Positions 1 through 9,587 of a stretch of 64,000 nt of DNA are shown here, one piece after another. The stretch comes from Desulfatiglandales bacterium (GTDB taxonomy: Bacteria; Desulfobacterota; DSM-4660; Desulfatiglandales; Desulfatiglandaceae). Under the pieces are notes generated by a model. It saw only the letters and a list, made by a program, of their open reading frames with translations. It searched no databases and was not told the DNA's origin. Numbering within the stretch: the stretch's first letter is position 1; each line of letters begins with the position of its first letter. The stretch lies in contig OY759599.1 in assembly GCA_963662465.1 (NCBI GenBank), forward strand, positions 1,536,001-1,600,000. Direction: 5' to 3'. The position numbers and the translations under genes are program-made.

Positions 1-239
1 ACAGAATCTGCCGGATTTTAAAGGTGCATTTGGATCAATATATCGATGCCCGCGATGGCTTGTTGGACAAGGATCTGATTGGGTTTGATGGCCGTCTGTT
101 TCAGGTTCTTTCGCTTCCCAGACGTCCTGTGATTGTGAAACAGGTAAAGGAGATCCGGCAAGGAAATTGGGTCAGTCTTGGAGAAACCATAGAGGAAATC
201 TTTCGGGAGACTGGGTATGGAATCCATCCGAACCGTTGA
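1..239 (+). CDS. Winged-helix/replication-protein-like accessory ORF of the IS21 element (3' part only)
   Basis: Identical to the C-terminal part of 56157..56576; cut by the window edge. Confidence 0.75.
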   Translation, partial: RICRILKVHLDQYIDARDGLLDKDLIGFDGRLFQVLSLPRRPVIVKQVKEIRQGNWVSLGETIEEIFRETGYGIHPNR

Positions 240-1101
240 TATTCATTTGCTGGAGTTGCGTTACGCTCATTGCCGGATAATGAATCACCAGGCTTTAAAG
301 CGATTGAGGGATTCCATCGAAACTTACGGGCAGATCGTTCCGGCCCTGGCTATTGAAGAAAAAGACAAACTGATTCTGATTGATGGCTACCTGCGTGTTC
401 GAGCGCTTTGTGCTTGTGGAAAGGACCGGATATGTGTCCAATTCTCAAAAGAAAACGAACAAAATGCCATGTTTTCGCTTTTAACCAAGGCCAATGAACG
501 GCAATGGGAAGTCATTGAGCAGTCTGTTTTACTTCAGGAATTACATCGGCGTTTTGGGTGCAGCCTCTCCCATATTGCAACCCGAATAGGGCGCGACAAG
601 AGTTTTGTAAAACGGCGGCTGGACCTGGTTGAAGCCCTGCCGGAAAATATTTTGAGAACCGTGATTGCAGGCTCACTTTCAACCTGGGCTGCCAGCCGTG
701 TCATGGCGCCGTTGGCGCGCGCCAACGGTGAAGACGCACAAAAACTGTTGGCCCACCTGGAAAAAGAACCTCTATCCACAAGGGAACTGGCCCGTTTCTA
801 CGCACATTACCAGAAAAGCAACCGGTCTGTTCGAGACCACATGCTGGAAAATCCATCCCTTTTCATAAAAGTTCTCGAACAAAGAACCCAGTCTAAACAA
901 GCCAAAGAAGTTCATGATGGACCGGAAGGCAAATGGTTCAAGGATATTGAAATGGCATATGCGGTTCTCAAACGTCTGGTGAAAACCGTTTCGCATGTCC
1001 ATTACCCAAAAAGCGATCAGTTGAAGAAACAAACGCTCAAAACCTGGGTGAAAAAGATAGAAAAACAAGCACTGGAACTCAAGAAAGCGACCCAATTATG
1101 A
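217..1101 (+). CDS. ParB/Spo0J-like protein (ParB N-domain + HTH)
   Basis: 294 aa with 'SIETYGQIVP', the 'LIDGYLRVRAL' GxxRxxA motif and HTH 'SLSHIATRIGRDKSFVKRRL'; overlaps the istA start. Confidence 0.85.
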   Translation: MESIRTVDIHLLELRYAHCRIMNHQALKRLRDSIETYGQIVPALAIEEKDKLILIDGYLRVRALCACGKDRICVQFSKENEQNAMFSLLTKANERQWEVIEQSVLLQELHRRFGCSLSHIATRIGRDKSFVKRRLDLVEALPENILRTVIAGSLSTWAASRVMAPLARANGEDAQKLLAHLEKEPLSTRELARFYAHYQKSNRSVRDHMLENPSLFIKVLEQRTQSKQAKEVHDGPEGKWFKDIEMAYAVLKRLVKTVSHVHYPKSDQLKKQTLKTWVKKIEKQALELKKATQL

Positions 1102-2480
1102 TCCGACAATCCAAAAAAGATGCCATTGTGGAATTGAAAAAAACCGGCATGAGTTTGCGCGACATCGCCAAAACCCTGAAGGCCGGTCGCAATACCGTCA
1201 CGAAGGTTTTAGATGATCATGACGAAGAGGCGGTACCCCAAAGGAACTCCCGGTATGAAGAACATGTCCCGTTGATCCGCGAGCTTTTCAAGGAATGTAA
1301 AGGAAATGCCGTGCGAGTAGCCGAGGAACTGGAAAGCCGCCAACAGATCAAAATCCCTTATCAGAGTCTGACCTGGATTATGAGAAAGTACGAGATCCGG
1401 GAACGTAAAAAAAGACGGGCGGGCCAATACCATTTTAAACCCGGTCAGGAGATGCAGCATGATACGTCACCCCATCTGGTTGTCATTAATGGGAAAAAAA
1501 TGTCGACCCAGTGCGCGTCCCTGACCCTGGCCTTTTGCCGAAGGATTTTTATTCAGTATTACCCCTGTTTTACCCGGTTTGAGTGCAAGGTTTTCCTAAA
1601 AAAAGCATTCGAGTTTATGGACGGGGTGTGTTCCCGGTGCATGGTTGACAACACCAATGTTATTGTGGCCGGCGGCACCGGGCCTGATGCATTGATTGCG
1701 CCTGAAATGAAATACTTCGGCGATATGTATGGAACCCGGTTTGAGGCCCATGCTGTAGGAGACGCCAATCGAAGTGCTCGTGTGGAAAGGCCTTTTCATT
1801 TTGTGGAAAACAATTTTCTTCCCGGTAGAACATTTGTTAGCTGGCAGGATTTGAACCGGCAGGCAATCGACTGGTGCCGGAATACAAGCGATAAAAAGTT
1901 TAAACGGGCTTTAGGGATGACGCCGGATGAGGCCTATGTCATTGAAAAGCCATATCTCATTGATTTACCGGCATACCAGCCGCCAGTCTATGTGGCAGAA
2001 CACAGGGTAGCCGATGTTCAGGGATATGTGCACTTGGACACCAACCGCTATTCAGTCCCTGAAGCGCTGATTGGGAACTCCCTGGAAGTACAGAAACATT
2101 GGCTCAAGGTCATCGTTTACGACAAAAACACAAAAGTGGCGGAACATGACCGCATACTGGATAAACGCAACACCCGAACAACCCTGCCCGGTCACCATGT
2201 TCCCATTCGAAGAAAAAAAGATCCCCGAATCCCTTCAAAAGAAGAACAGCTGTTGACGGGAGAGGATGCCATCCTGGATGAGTATGTGGCTGAACTGAAG
2301 AAAAGAAGTCACGGTCGCGGTGTGGTCAAGTTACGTCGGTTGCTTCATCTGAAACGCACTTATCCCGGGGAACCTTTTTTGAAAGCCATAACACAGGCGC
2401 TTAAATATGGACTTTTTGATTTGTCGCGTCTGGAAAACATTATTCTCGATTATATCGCGGGAGACTTTTTTGATCTATGA
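1098..2480 (+). CDS. istA: IS21-family transposase IstA
   Basis: 460 aa; N-terminal HTH, DDE motifs QHDTS / MVDNT / ARVERPF, C-terminal 'TNRYSVP' domain; followed by IstB. Confidence 0.93.
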   Translation: MIRQSKKDAIVELKKTGMSLRDIAKTLKAGRNTVTKVLDDHDEEAVPQRNSRYEEHVPLIRELFKECKGNAVRVAEELESRQQIKIPYQSLTWIMRKYEIRERKKRRAGQYHFKPGQEMQHDTSPHLVVINGKKMSTQCASLTLAFCRRIFIQYYPCFTRFECKVFLKKAFEFMDGVCSRCMVDNTNVIVAGGTGPDALIAPEMKYFGDMYGTRFEAHAVGDANRSARVERPFHFVENNFLPGRTFVSWQDLNRQAIDWCRNTSDKKFKRALGMTPDEAYVIEKPYLIDLPAYQPPVYVAEHRVADVQGYVHLDTNRYSVPEALIGNSLEVQKHWLKVIVYDKNTKVAEHDRILDKRNTRTTLPGHHVPIRRKKDPRIPSKEEQLLTGEDAILDEYVAELKKRSHGRGVVKLRRLLHLKRTYPGEPFLKAITQALKYGLFDLSRLENIILDYIAGDFFDL

Positions 2481-3196
2481 AAAAGAAAATTGAACAGTTA
2501 CTCATTGATTTGAAGTTTAAAGGCATGCTGAAGGCTCTCGAAGAACAGTTGGCTTCGGCTGAAAAGAACGGTTTTTCCATTCACGAGGTCATCTACAATC
2601 TCCTGGCTGAGGAATTACGTTTCCGGCAGGAGCGCAGCATGATCTATCGGGTCCAGATTGCAAAGCTTCCATGGGAATGGACCCTCAACTCCTTTCCGTT
2701 TGATCTTCAGCCGGGAATACAGAAGAGCCGGATCATGACGTTGTCCGGCCTTGACTTTATCAGCCGAAGAGAAAACATCGTGTTCCATGGAAAAACCGGC
2801 GTCGGCAAAACGGGATTGGCCGTGGGGATCCTTCGTCAAGCCATTATTGCCGGGTACCGGGGGCGTTTTTATAATGTTCAGGATTTGCTGGATCAGCTCT
2901 ATGCGTCTTTGGCAGATCGGTCCACCCCGAAACTCCTCAATGCCCTTTGCAGATATGACCTGCTTCTGCTCGATGAACTGGGATACCTGACCCTCAAAAA
3001 AGAGCAGATGAACGCCTTTTTTAAACTCATGAAAGATCGCTATGAAGCCGGTCGGTCCACAATTATTACGACCAATCTTCAACCTGAACAATGGTATTCG
3101 CTGCTTGAACCAAAGGACATGGTCGATGCCTTGCTGGATCGTCTCAACCATCGCTGCATCAACATTCATATTGATGGTCCTTCCCTCAGAAAATGA
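2477..3196 (+). CDS. istB: IS21 helper AAA+ ATPase IstB
   Basis: Walker A GKTGVGKT, Walker B LLLLDELG, 'STIITTN', 'ALLDRL'. Confidence 0.95.
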   Translation: MKKKIEQLLIDLKFKGMLKALEEQLASAEKNGFSIHEVIYNLLAEELRFRQERSMIYRVQIAKLPWEWTLNSFPFDLQPGIQKSRIMTLSGLDFISRRENIVFHGKTGVGKTGLAVGILRQAIIAGYRGRFYNVQDLLDQLYASLADRSTPKLLNALCRYDLLLLDELGYLTLKKEQMNAFFKLMKDRYEAGRSTIITTNLQPEQWYSLLEPKDMVDALLDRLNHRCINIHIDGPSLRK

Positions 3197-3294
3197 GATG
3201 TTCGCCAAAGGGCCGGTTTTGAGGTCTGAATATCACCGGTCTGTTTGAATCTCGTTACACGAATATCAGAAATTACCTTGTCTTGGAGCTTGAA

Positions 3295-3492
3295 ATGAGA
3301 GGTGGAAAACGGGTAGGCGCCGGCCGAAGAAAGAAACCGGAACATTTGAGACGTGAACTGCTCACCATTCGTCTCCCCAAATGGATGATTCTACAGCTGA
3401 AAAAAAACGGGGAAATTGGATATTTGATTGAGGATCAATTGGCGAAGGGAGGCCTCCTGAATTTACCGGACGACTATGACATAGACAAATAG
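3295..3492 (+). CDS. Small basic DNA-binding protein (RGGKRxGAGR + ribbon-helix-helix-like)
   Basis: MRGGKRVGAGRRKK...LLTIRLPKWM; lies inside the element in both copies. Confidence 0.6.
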   Translation: MRGGKRVGAGRRKKPEHLRRELLTIRLPKWMILQLKKNGEIGYLIEDQLAKGGLLNLPDDYDIDK

Positions 3493-3703
3493 TTCCTCAA
3501 TAAGCATTGCCCTTAACCGAAAAATCTAATCCCCTCTTCTCTGCCATCACCATATTGATGGTATCCTCATCACTGATTCTTCAACCAGAACGCTACGTGT
3601 CTCACCAGCATTTTTAAAATACCATCTGATATACTCTTTCATGCAACCTCTAACAAATTTACAAGAAAACCCTTCTAAAAGGAAAAGACCAGTGCGCAAT
3701 ATC

Positions 3704-3753
3704 TGGTTCCGTTTGGAGTAGCAAAACTGGTTCCATTTTGGTTAGCGCCCAAG
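3704..3753. repeat. Right terminal inverted repeat of the IS21 element (two tandem binding repeats)
   Basis: TGGTTCCGTTTGGAGTAGC AAAAC TGGTTCCATTTTGGTTAGC GCCCAAG; its reverse complement aligns with the left end at 55366-55415. Confidence 0.85.
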
Positions 3754-3820
3754 AGTATGCCTTTCCAGTCTTCAAAGCCTTTGGTGGGAATGTAGAACGA
3801 CGATCCGGCTTACCGAGTCT

Positions 3821-4177
3821 ATGCTTAAACCTTTAAAGGCGCAGAAAAAAATCCATGAACGATTCGAATGTGAATATTTTTTCTGCACTTCACAAGGCAG
3901 CCGGATTCACCCAAGCAACCTCCGGAAACGTGTTTGGCTACCTGCTCTGAAAAAGGCAGGGTGTGAGGTTCGAGAGATGAAACAGACCAGGCACAGTTTT
4001 GCCACGGTTGCGATAAGCTGTAGGGAAAATCCCCTCTGGGTTGCAAACGTCATGGAACACCGGAACACAGATATGATTATCAAAGTGTACAGCCGTTATG
4101 TCGAAGGTGAGAACGGTACGCAAGATGGAACGAACCTGGATAGAGCATTTCAGGCAGTATTAGGAAACGGTGGGTAG
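3821..4177 (+). pseudogene. Tyrosine integrase, C-terminal fragment
   Basis: 'KQTRHSFAT...ENPLWVANVMEH...KVYSRY' catalytic box; N-terminal part absent; points toward the tRNA 3' end. Confidence 0.85.
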
Positions 4178-4231
4178 GGACGGGTAAAATGTATTTTTGG
4201 CAAAATTATGGCAAAAACATTGCCAAAAATT

Positions 4232-4265
4232 AAAAAAGGACTTAACCAAAACCAGTTAAGTCCTT
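4232..4265 (-). terminator. Intrinsic terminator / att-associated hairpin downstream of tRNA-Arg
   Basis: AAGGACTTAAC-8nt-GTTAAGTCCTT, an 11-bp stem followed by a T-run on the minus strand. Confidence 0.7.
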
Positions 4266-4273
4266 GAAATAAT

Positions 4274-4350
4274 TGGTGCGCCTGGCAGGACTCGAACCTG
4301 CGGCCTGCGGATTAGAAGTCCGCTGCTCTATCCAGCTGAGCTACAGGCGC
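4274..4350 (-). tRNA. tRNA-Arg (anticodon TCT)
   Basis: Reverse complement GCGCCTGTAGCTCAGCTGGATAGAGCAGCGGACTTCTAATCCGCAGGCCGCAGGTTCGAGTCCTGCCAGGCGCACCA; cloverleaf, GTTCGA T-loop, encoded CCA. Confidence 0.97.
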
Positions 4351-4397
4351 AAAAAAATGCAATAATTTGTCAGATTGCAGATATTTGTGGGAAAGCA

Positions 4398-5741
4398 TTA
4401 CCGAATCTTTCCGTTGTGTCCATTCAATACTTCCCTGAGAACCACGTTGGTTTTTTCTTCCAACTGCCCGAAAATCTCAGCGACGGCCTTGAGACGGACA
4501 AGACTTTCCCTTGATTTTTCTTTGTGGGGAAGGTTGAAATGATGATTGTCTAATAAGTCTATCAGGCGATTCAGACGATGTAAACTAAAAACATCGTTAC
4601 CTTTGTAAAGAAGATCAACCCATTCCGCTCTTAAAGATTCGGGTAACTGGTCGCAGGCAGCCAGCAGCTCGGGGTCTCCACCCAGGTAAAGGGATTTTTT
4701 CAGCACTTCAATTTCCCCTTCTACCACTTTTACTTGCTTTTTGTCAATCTTTCCCTCTCGAATAAAAGTATCCCACTTGTCTTCGATCTTCATCCTCAAC
4801 CAGGTTTTGCCTTGTTCGGGGGAAGGATGGAGTTCAAGAAACCGGTTTTGCAGATGCATCAGGTCCTTTGCCATGTTCCCCTCTGAAATTTCGTCGGCAT
4901 TCCCCAGAAGATTGTTGAGGGTTTGAATAGCATTCCGGCGAATGTCTGCTTGATCCGAGCCCGCCATGAGGACTTTTTCCCACTGGTCCCTTAAAAAACC
5001 CAATTCCAATTTGATCAGGGAAAAAATCAAGCCGGATTTGGTGATGACATTTCGCAGGGAGTCAGCCAGAATGTTGCAGGAGTGAAGTCTGTCTTCAGCC
5101 AGGGCTCGGGTCGCTTTAAGGGACTGTTCTTTCAACTGGTATGAAAGAAGCTCCGTTCCCAGGGCGCGGGATAGCCTCTTGATGACTTTCGTCTCCGTCC
5201 CACCGATTTTGATGGAATAGGGCTGAAAGTGGATTTTGATAACCGCGGCGACACCGTAATCGCTTTTTTCCCAAATGGTTTCACCGGCATAGTTCTCCGG
5301 ATAGACTAACGGCTGGATTTTTCCGAGGTGCAAATCTTTTTTTCTGATCAGGACCGGTTCCATGTGATGAAAATCCGTCCAAACGCCTTCAACTTGCAGT
5401 CTGACGCTTCTGGCGTCGTCCCGGGGGTCTTCGGCGGTCCAGCTGGACTGCTTTTCCACACACCAAGCCATGGCTTCCAGCGGTCGACCGGGTTCATCGC
5501 GGTAGGCCAGCCACGGTTTTCCAGGGGGATTGTAATCTGATTCTTCGGGTAGACCCCACGAAATTTTTCTTCTTCCTTCGTCAATAATTCCCGATGCAAT
5601 CCGGGTCGTCACCATTTCAGGTAGAGCGCCGATTCGGTACACAGTCCCTTTAAAGGCATTGGGAAGACAGATCAAAATACTCTCAATGATCTCCTTGCAG
5701 GCATTTTCCAATGCTTCTTGCTCTATTTTGATGGCCAACAA
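4398..5741 (-). CDS. Hypothetical protein (447 aa)
   Basis: Long ORF with protein-like composition; no family recognised. Confidence 0.7.
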   Translation of the reverse strand: MLAIKIEQEALENACKEIIESILICLPNAFKGTVYRIGALPEMVTTRIASGIIDEGRRKISWGLPEESDYNPPGKPWLAYRDEPGRPLEAMAWCVEKQSSWTAEDPRDDARSVRLQVEGVWTDFHHMEPVLIRKKDLHLGKIQPLVYPENYAGETIWEKSDYGVAAVIKIHFQPYSIKIGGTETKVIKRLSRALGTELLSYQLKEQSLKATRALAEDRLHSCNILADSLRNVITKSGLIFSLIKLELGFLRDQWEKVLMAGSDQADIRRNAIQTLNNLLGNADEISEGNMAKDLMHLQNRFLELHPSPEQGKTWLRMKIEDKWDTFIREGKIDKKQVKVVEGEIEVLKKSLYLGGDPELLAACDQLPESLRAEWVDLLYKGNDVFSLHRLNRLIDLLDNHHFNLPHKEKSRESLVRLKAVAEIFGQLEEKTNVVLREVLNGHNGKIR

Positions 5742-5844
5742 CGATTTTTCCTCAAGTTAATGCCTTTTGTCGCCAAGTGGAAGCGAAATTTCCCCACTGT
5801 AGCGATTTTTAGAATTTTGTCAATAAATAATGGCCTTGACAATT

Positions 5845-6597
5845 TCAGACATCCATTCCTTTTTTCCGTTTTGCGGCCATTACCAGTTGAGATACAATAT
5901 CTCCGGCATTGCCTTGAAAGAATATATCCGTTACGGTATCCGTCAAATGTGTTCTTTCTTTATTAATTTCAATTATTTTAGCGCCATTGTGTTTGGCAAT
6001 GGATGGGATGGTGTTGACCGGGGAAACCACAGCGGAAGTTCCTACCACCAAAAGGGCCGCGGCAGAGGACGCCAGTTCAAAGGAACGGTTCATCGCCTTG
6101 TCGGGAATCGCTTCACCAAAAAAAATGACATCCGGTTTTAAAATTTCCCGGCATTCACATCTGGGAATGTTTTCGTCCCGTTTTTCCGTTGCCGGGTATT
6201 TTCTACCGCACCAGATACACGAAAAGGTACTGGAATTTCCGTGGTATTCAATAACGTTTTTTGAGCCCCCGGCTTGATGAAGATTGTCAATGTTCTGGGT
6301 GATGATGCAATGAAGACAACCCATATCCTCAAGCTCGCCCATTCCCAGGTGGGCCAAATTGGGTTTTGCCCGGCTTACGACCTTATCCATTTCCCTCAGC
6401 ATTTCCCATACTTTTTGAGGGTTGGCCCTGAAGGCCTGAATGGTGGCATATTCAGCCGGGTCAAACTTCGACCACAGTCCCTCGGCGCTCCTGAAATCCG
6501 GAATTCCGGACTCAACGGATACGCCTGCGCCGGTAAGGGCCAGGGTGAAGTTTGATTCCACAATGATGTCGGCCGCTTTTTCAAGCAGATCAATCAT
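5845..6597 (-). CDS. cobB: NAD-dependent protein deacylase, Sir2 family
   Basis: TGAGVSVESGIPDFR, ITQNIDNLH, HGN, LKPDVIFFGE, VGTSAVV. Confidence 0.95.
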   Translation of the reverse strand: MIDLLEKAADIIVESNFTLALTGAGVSVESGIPDFRSAEGLWSKFDPAEYATIQAFRANPQKVWEMLREMDKVVSRAKPNLAHLGMGELEDMGCLHCIITQNIDNLHQAGGSKNVIEYHGNSSTFSCIWCGRKYPATEKRDENIPRCECREILKPDVIFFGEAIPDKAMNRSFELASSAAALLVVGTSAVVSPVNTIPSIAKHNGAKIIEINKERTHLTDTVTDIFFQGNAGDIVSQLVMAAKRKKGMDV

Positions 6598-6618
6598 GTT
6601 GAGACGCCTCTCTGGGAT

Positions 6619-6807
6619 TTAAATGGGTTCAAAAACAATCTTTCCTTCCCGGTTGTTATAGCGGGTAAGCTTTCCCCGGATGGTTTTTTGTTCCCCGAAA
6701 ATGTTGACCAGGCGTATTTCTTCACCCTCTAATTCAACTAAATCGACACTTTCCAGTATCTTTTCTTCCTTTTGGTTGCGCAACATGTAGGCATGGGCTT
6801 CACACAT
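6619..6807 (-). CDS. cooT: CooT-family nickel-binding protein
   Basis: 62 aa starting MCEAHAY, with 'LVNIFGEQK'. Confidence 0.8.
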   Translation of the reverse strand: MCEAHAYMLRNQKEEKILESVDLVELEGEEIRLVNIFGEQKTIRGKLTRYNNREGKIVFEPI

Positions 6808-6863
6808 GATTCCCTCCCCCGTTTGCTGTAAATTCCCGGTTTAACCTGACGTCGTTTGAAAAA

Positions 6864-7061
6864 TTAAAGATTTTTCAGTGCATCACGAAGGCAGTCAGTG
6901 GATGCCACGCTTAATTCAACCATTTTTCTGATGGCTTTAGCGCTTTCGGTTTTCCCTGCATCCTCAAGCTGTTCCGCAAAGAGATTGTATTCTTCATGAT
7001 GATGGTCATTATGGGTGATCCAGTGCTCAAGCCTGATTTTTGATTTTTCAACAAATTCCAT
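6864..7061 (-). CDS. Small His-rich putative metal-binding protein
   Basis: 'LEHWITHNDHHHEEY' motif; RBS AAGGAG; upstream of cooT. Confidence 0.7.
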   Translation of the reverse strand: MEFVEKSKIRLEHWITHNDHHHEEYNLFAEQLEDAGKTESAKAIRKMVELSVASTDCLRDALKNL

Positions 7062-7320
7062 GTCTTTTCTCCTTATGATTTGTTTGACTTATTTAAAACC
7101 CCGGTTTTTGAACCGAACAATGATATGATTTTAATACCTGAAGATTAAGCAATACAGATGGCGATGTCAACCAGGGTTTAACATTTCATCGGTAATTGTC
7201 AGGTTGGGTTTTCCCCGCATTCTAAATTGTTGGGGAATGGAACAAAAATATTGACTGTAAACGTTGCATAAGGGTAAGATCTGCATCCAATTCGGATGCT
7301 ACGAGAAAGGGGGCCTGTAC

Positions 7321-7839
7321 ATGGAAGAGATTCTTAAAGGAAAAAGGGTTCTGATTGTTGACGATGAACCAGACATATTGGAAACTTTGGTGGAAATATT
7401 GGACATGTGTTTTATTGATACGGCGCCAAATTTTGAAACAGCTCGGAAGTTTTTGAATAGAAACCAGTACGATCTGGCCATTCTGGATATCATGGGGGTT
7501 AATGGATATGAACTCCTGAAAATGACGAATGAAAAAGGTATCCCCGCATTGATGCTCACGGCTCATGCGGTTAACCCGGAGAACCTGGTTAAATCCATAA
7601 CCGGCGGCGCTCGAAGCTATGTGCCAAAAGACAAGATCGCTGAGATTGATACCTATGTAGCGGATGTGTTGCGAACGGTCGAAGGGGGCGCGAATAAGCC
7701 AACAGACTGGTTTGGGAAACTTGAGCCCTTTTTTGATCGGAAATTCGGAAAGGGGTGGAAAGACAAACACCGAGAATTCTGGAAGGAGTTTGACAAAAAA
7801 TACCGGCCCACCAAGGGTGAGCTGAAGGACATTATGTAA
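7321..7839 (+). CDS. Response regulator (receiver domain)
   Basis: LIVDDE, LAILDIM, MLTAHA, YVPK. Confidence 0.9.
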   Translation: MEEILKGKRVLIVDDEPDILETLVEILDMCFIDTAPNFETARKFLNRNQYDLAILDIMGVNGYELLKMTNEKGIPALMLTAHAVNPENLVKSITGGARSYVPKDKIAEIDTYVADVLRTVEGGANKPTDWFGKLEPFFDRKFGKGWKDKHREFWKEFDKKYRPTKGELKDIM

Positions 7840-7854
7840 ACGAACAAAAAGATT

Positions 7855-8616
7855 TTATGAGGTTTTGTTATCGGTTTTGAGGGGTATTTTGACGAGGAAT
7901 TTTGCTCCTCGCCCCTCATCACTGTCCAACAGCATTTCACCCCCCAAATCTTCCACCAGGACCATTACCCCGGCCAGGCCCAGCCCGTGACCCCTGACAC
8001 TGCAGGTGCTGCTCGCTTCCAACTGAAAGTAGCATTCAAAAATCTTTTTGTGATAGGCAACGGGAATGCCCGCGCCATCGTCTTTAACCGACAAAACAAT
8101 AAAATCCTCCTGACGGTCAACGCTGAGTTCAACACGGGTTTTTCGATATTTCAATGCATTGCTTAGAAGGTTTCTTAAAATCTGTTTGACTTTTGTTTCA
8201 TCCTGGCAGATTTCTTGGGTCCACAATGTTTCATCGATAGAAAGATCGACGCCTTTTTCCGCCAATGTGTCTTTGAATTGCATAAGGGTTTTACATTTTT
8301 TGAGCTTTTCGGAGATGGTGGTGTCCGTGAGATCCAGAATTTCCACCAGTGTCTCTTCCAGAAAATTGGACAGCTTAAAGTTCGAAAAGAATAACATTCC
8401 TTCACCGGACCTCCCCAGTTCGAGGGCATCGCCAACCAGGGTTTTGAGAACCCGGGTATTTCGAAGCGCACGCTGGAAGACACGTTCTTGTTTTTCGGTA
8501 ATGGGTCCGTATTTCTCTTGTCGGTTCATCATGGAGGTTAACCCCGCTTCAATCACGGCAAGCGGTACTTTCAAATCGTGAATCAGGAGGTCAATTTTTA
8601 TTCTATCCCGTCGCAT
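7855..8616 (-). CDS. Sensor histidine kinase (HisKA + HATPase)
   Basis: H-box IHDLKVPL, N-box NLLSNALKY, DDGAGI, GHGLGL; start placed at ATG 8616. Confidence 0.9.
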   Translation of the reverse strand: MRRDRIKIDLLIHDLKVPLAVIEAGLTSMMNRQEKYGPITEKQERVFQRALRNTRVLKTLVGDALELGRSGEGMLFFSNFKLSNFLEETLVEILDLTDTTISEKLKKCKTLMQFKDTLAEKGVDLSIDETLWTQEICQDETKVKQILRNLLSNALKYRKTRVELSVDRQEDFIVLSVKDDGAGIPVAYHKKIFECYFQLEASSTCSVRGHGLGLAGVMVLVEDLGGEMLLDSDEGRGAKFLVKIPLKTDNKTS

Positions 8617-8892
8617 ATGCGAAGTTCCTTTGTTCTCTGGGTCTTGGGTGGGGGGTCTGTTCACGGTCGCGGTTACACCCCTTGTGACGGTGTGGCCCGG
8701 GGTGTTCTTGGACCGGTGCTTTCCAGCTTTTCTCAATCTATCAAGTATCTTAAAAAAAAGCAACTGGTAGGCCTCCTTTTTCCACTCCCCTCTTTCACGC
8801 TTGCCGCGAACAGGATTTACTGCTATGTAGTGCCTGAAACAAAACTCTGTTGCGGTAACCGGCATGTCGACCGGATTGCCGCGAGGTTAAGC

Positions 8893-9537
8893 ATGTCTTT
8901 TGATATTACACAGTGGATCGTAAAAATTCCGGTGTTGCTCTTTGCCATCACCCTTCACGAATACGCCCATGGCCGTGTTGCTTTTTACCTGGGAGATCCC
9001 ACGGCAAAACAGATGGGGAGATTGTCGTTCAATCCCCTTATTCATATTGACCCGCTGGGGGCCATCTGCCTGTTTCTCTTTAACTTCGGGTGGGCCAAGC
9101 CGGTGCCCGTGGATGTCCGGTATTTCAAAAATACCCGAAGAGATGTGATTCTCATGGCCCTTGCGGGTCCCATGGCCAATCTGTGCGTCGCTTTTATCGC
9201 CGGGATGCTCATCCGCTTCCTTGTTCTGCCTGTGGAGGTTTATCTGCAGGCGTTGTTGTGGTTGATACTCATGAATCTCGGATTGGGTCTTTTTAATCTC
9301 CTGCCTCTTCCGCCCCTTGATGGATCTCATGTTTTGGAAAACATCCTCCCTTTGGGCGCTGCTGAAAAGTTCCGGAAATGGGGGCGTTATGGGCCATTGG
9401 TACTCATCGGCGTCATCATGCTGGATAATTTCGCTCACACCGGGATTGTCAGCCGAATCCTGATGGGGCCCATGTTCAGTCTTGCGCACCTTTTTGCGGG
9501 AGACAACCTTTTCGCGCTATTGCCGCTGCTGCGGTAA
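8893..9537 (+). CDS. Site-2 protease (M50 zinc metalloprotease)
   Basis: HEYAH, FNLLPLPPLDG, AGPMAN. Confidence 0.92.
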   Translation: MSFDITQWIVKIPVLLFAITLHEYAHGRVAFYLGDPTAKQMGRLSFNPLIHIDPLGAICLFLFNFGWAKPVPVDVRYFKNTRRDVILMALAGPMANLCVAFIAGMLIRFLVLPVEVYLQALLWLILMNLGLGLFNLLPLPPLDGSHVLENILPLGAAEKFRKWGRYGPLVLIGVIMLDNFAHTGIVSRILMGPMFSLAHLFAGDNLFALLPLLR

Positions 9538-9587
9538 TAGGCGTCAAAAGCCTTTCAACCGGGACACTCTTTTTCGCCATCACCTTT

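Larger units (their letters stand above)
1..3753 (+). mobile_element. Extended IS21-family element, copy 1 (left part outside window)
   Basis: Near-identical to 56338-60090 (offset 56337). Identity ends after ...GTTAGCGCCCAAG at 3753, the right end defined by the TSD of copy 2. Contains wHTH, ParB-like, istA, istB and small RHH-like ORFs. Confidence 0.93.

Noticed and set aside
217..1101. Chromosomal or plasmid parABS locus
   Set aside because: No ParA ATPase or recognisable parS palindrome; the gene lies within a TSD-bounded transposon.
5845..6597. Sir2-type anti-phage defence gene
   Set aside because: Standard ~250-aa CobB deacylase with a Zn-binding insert in housekeeping context; no defence partner genes.
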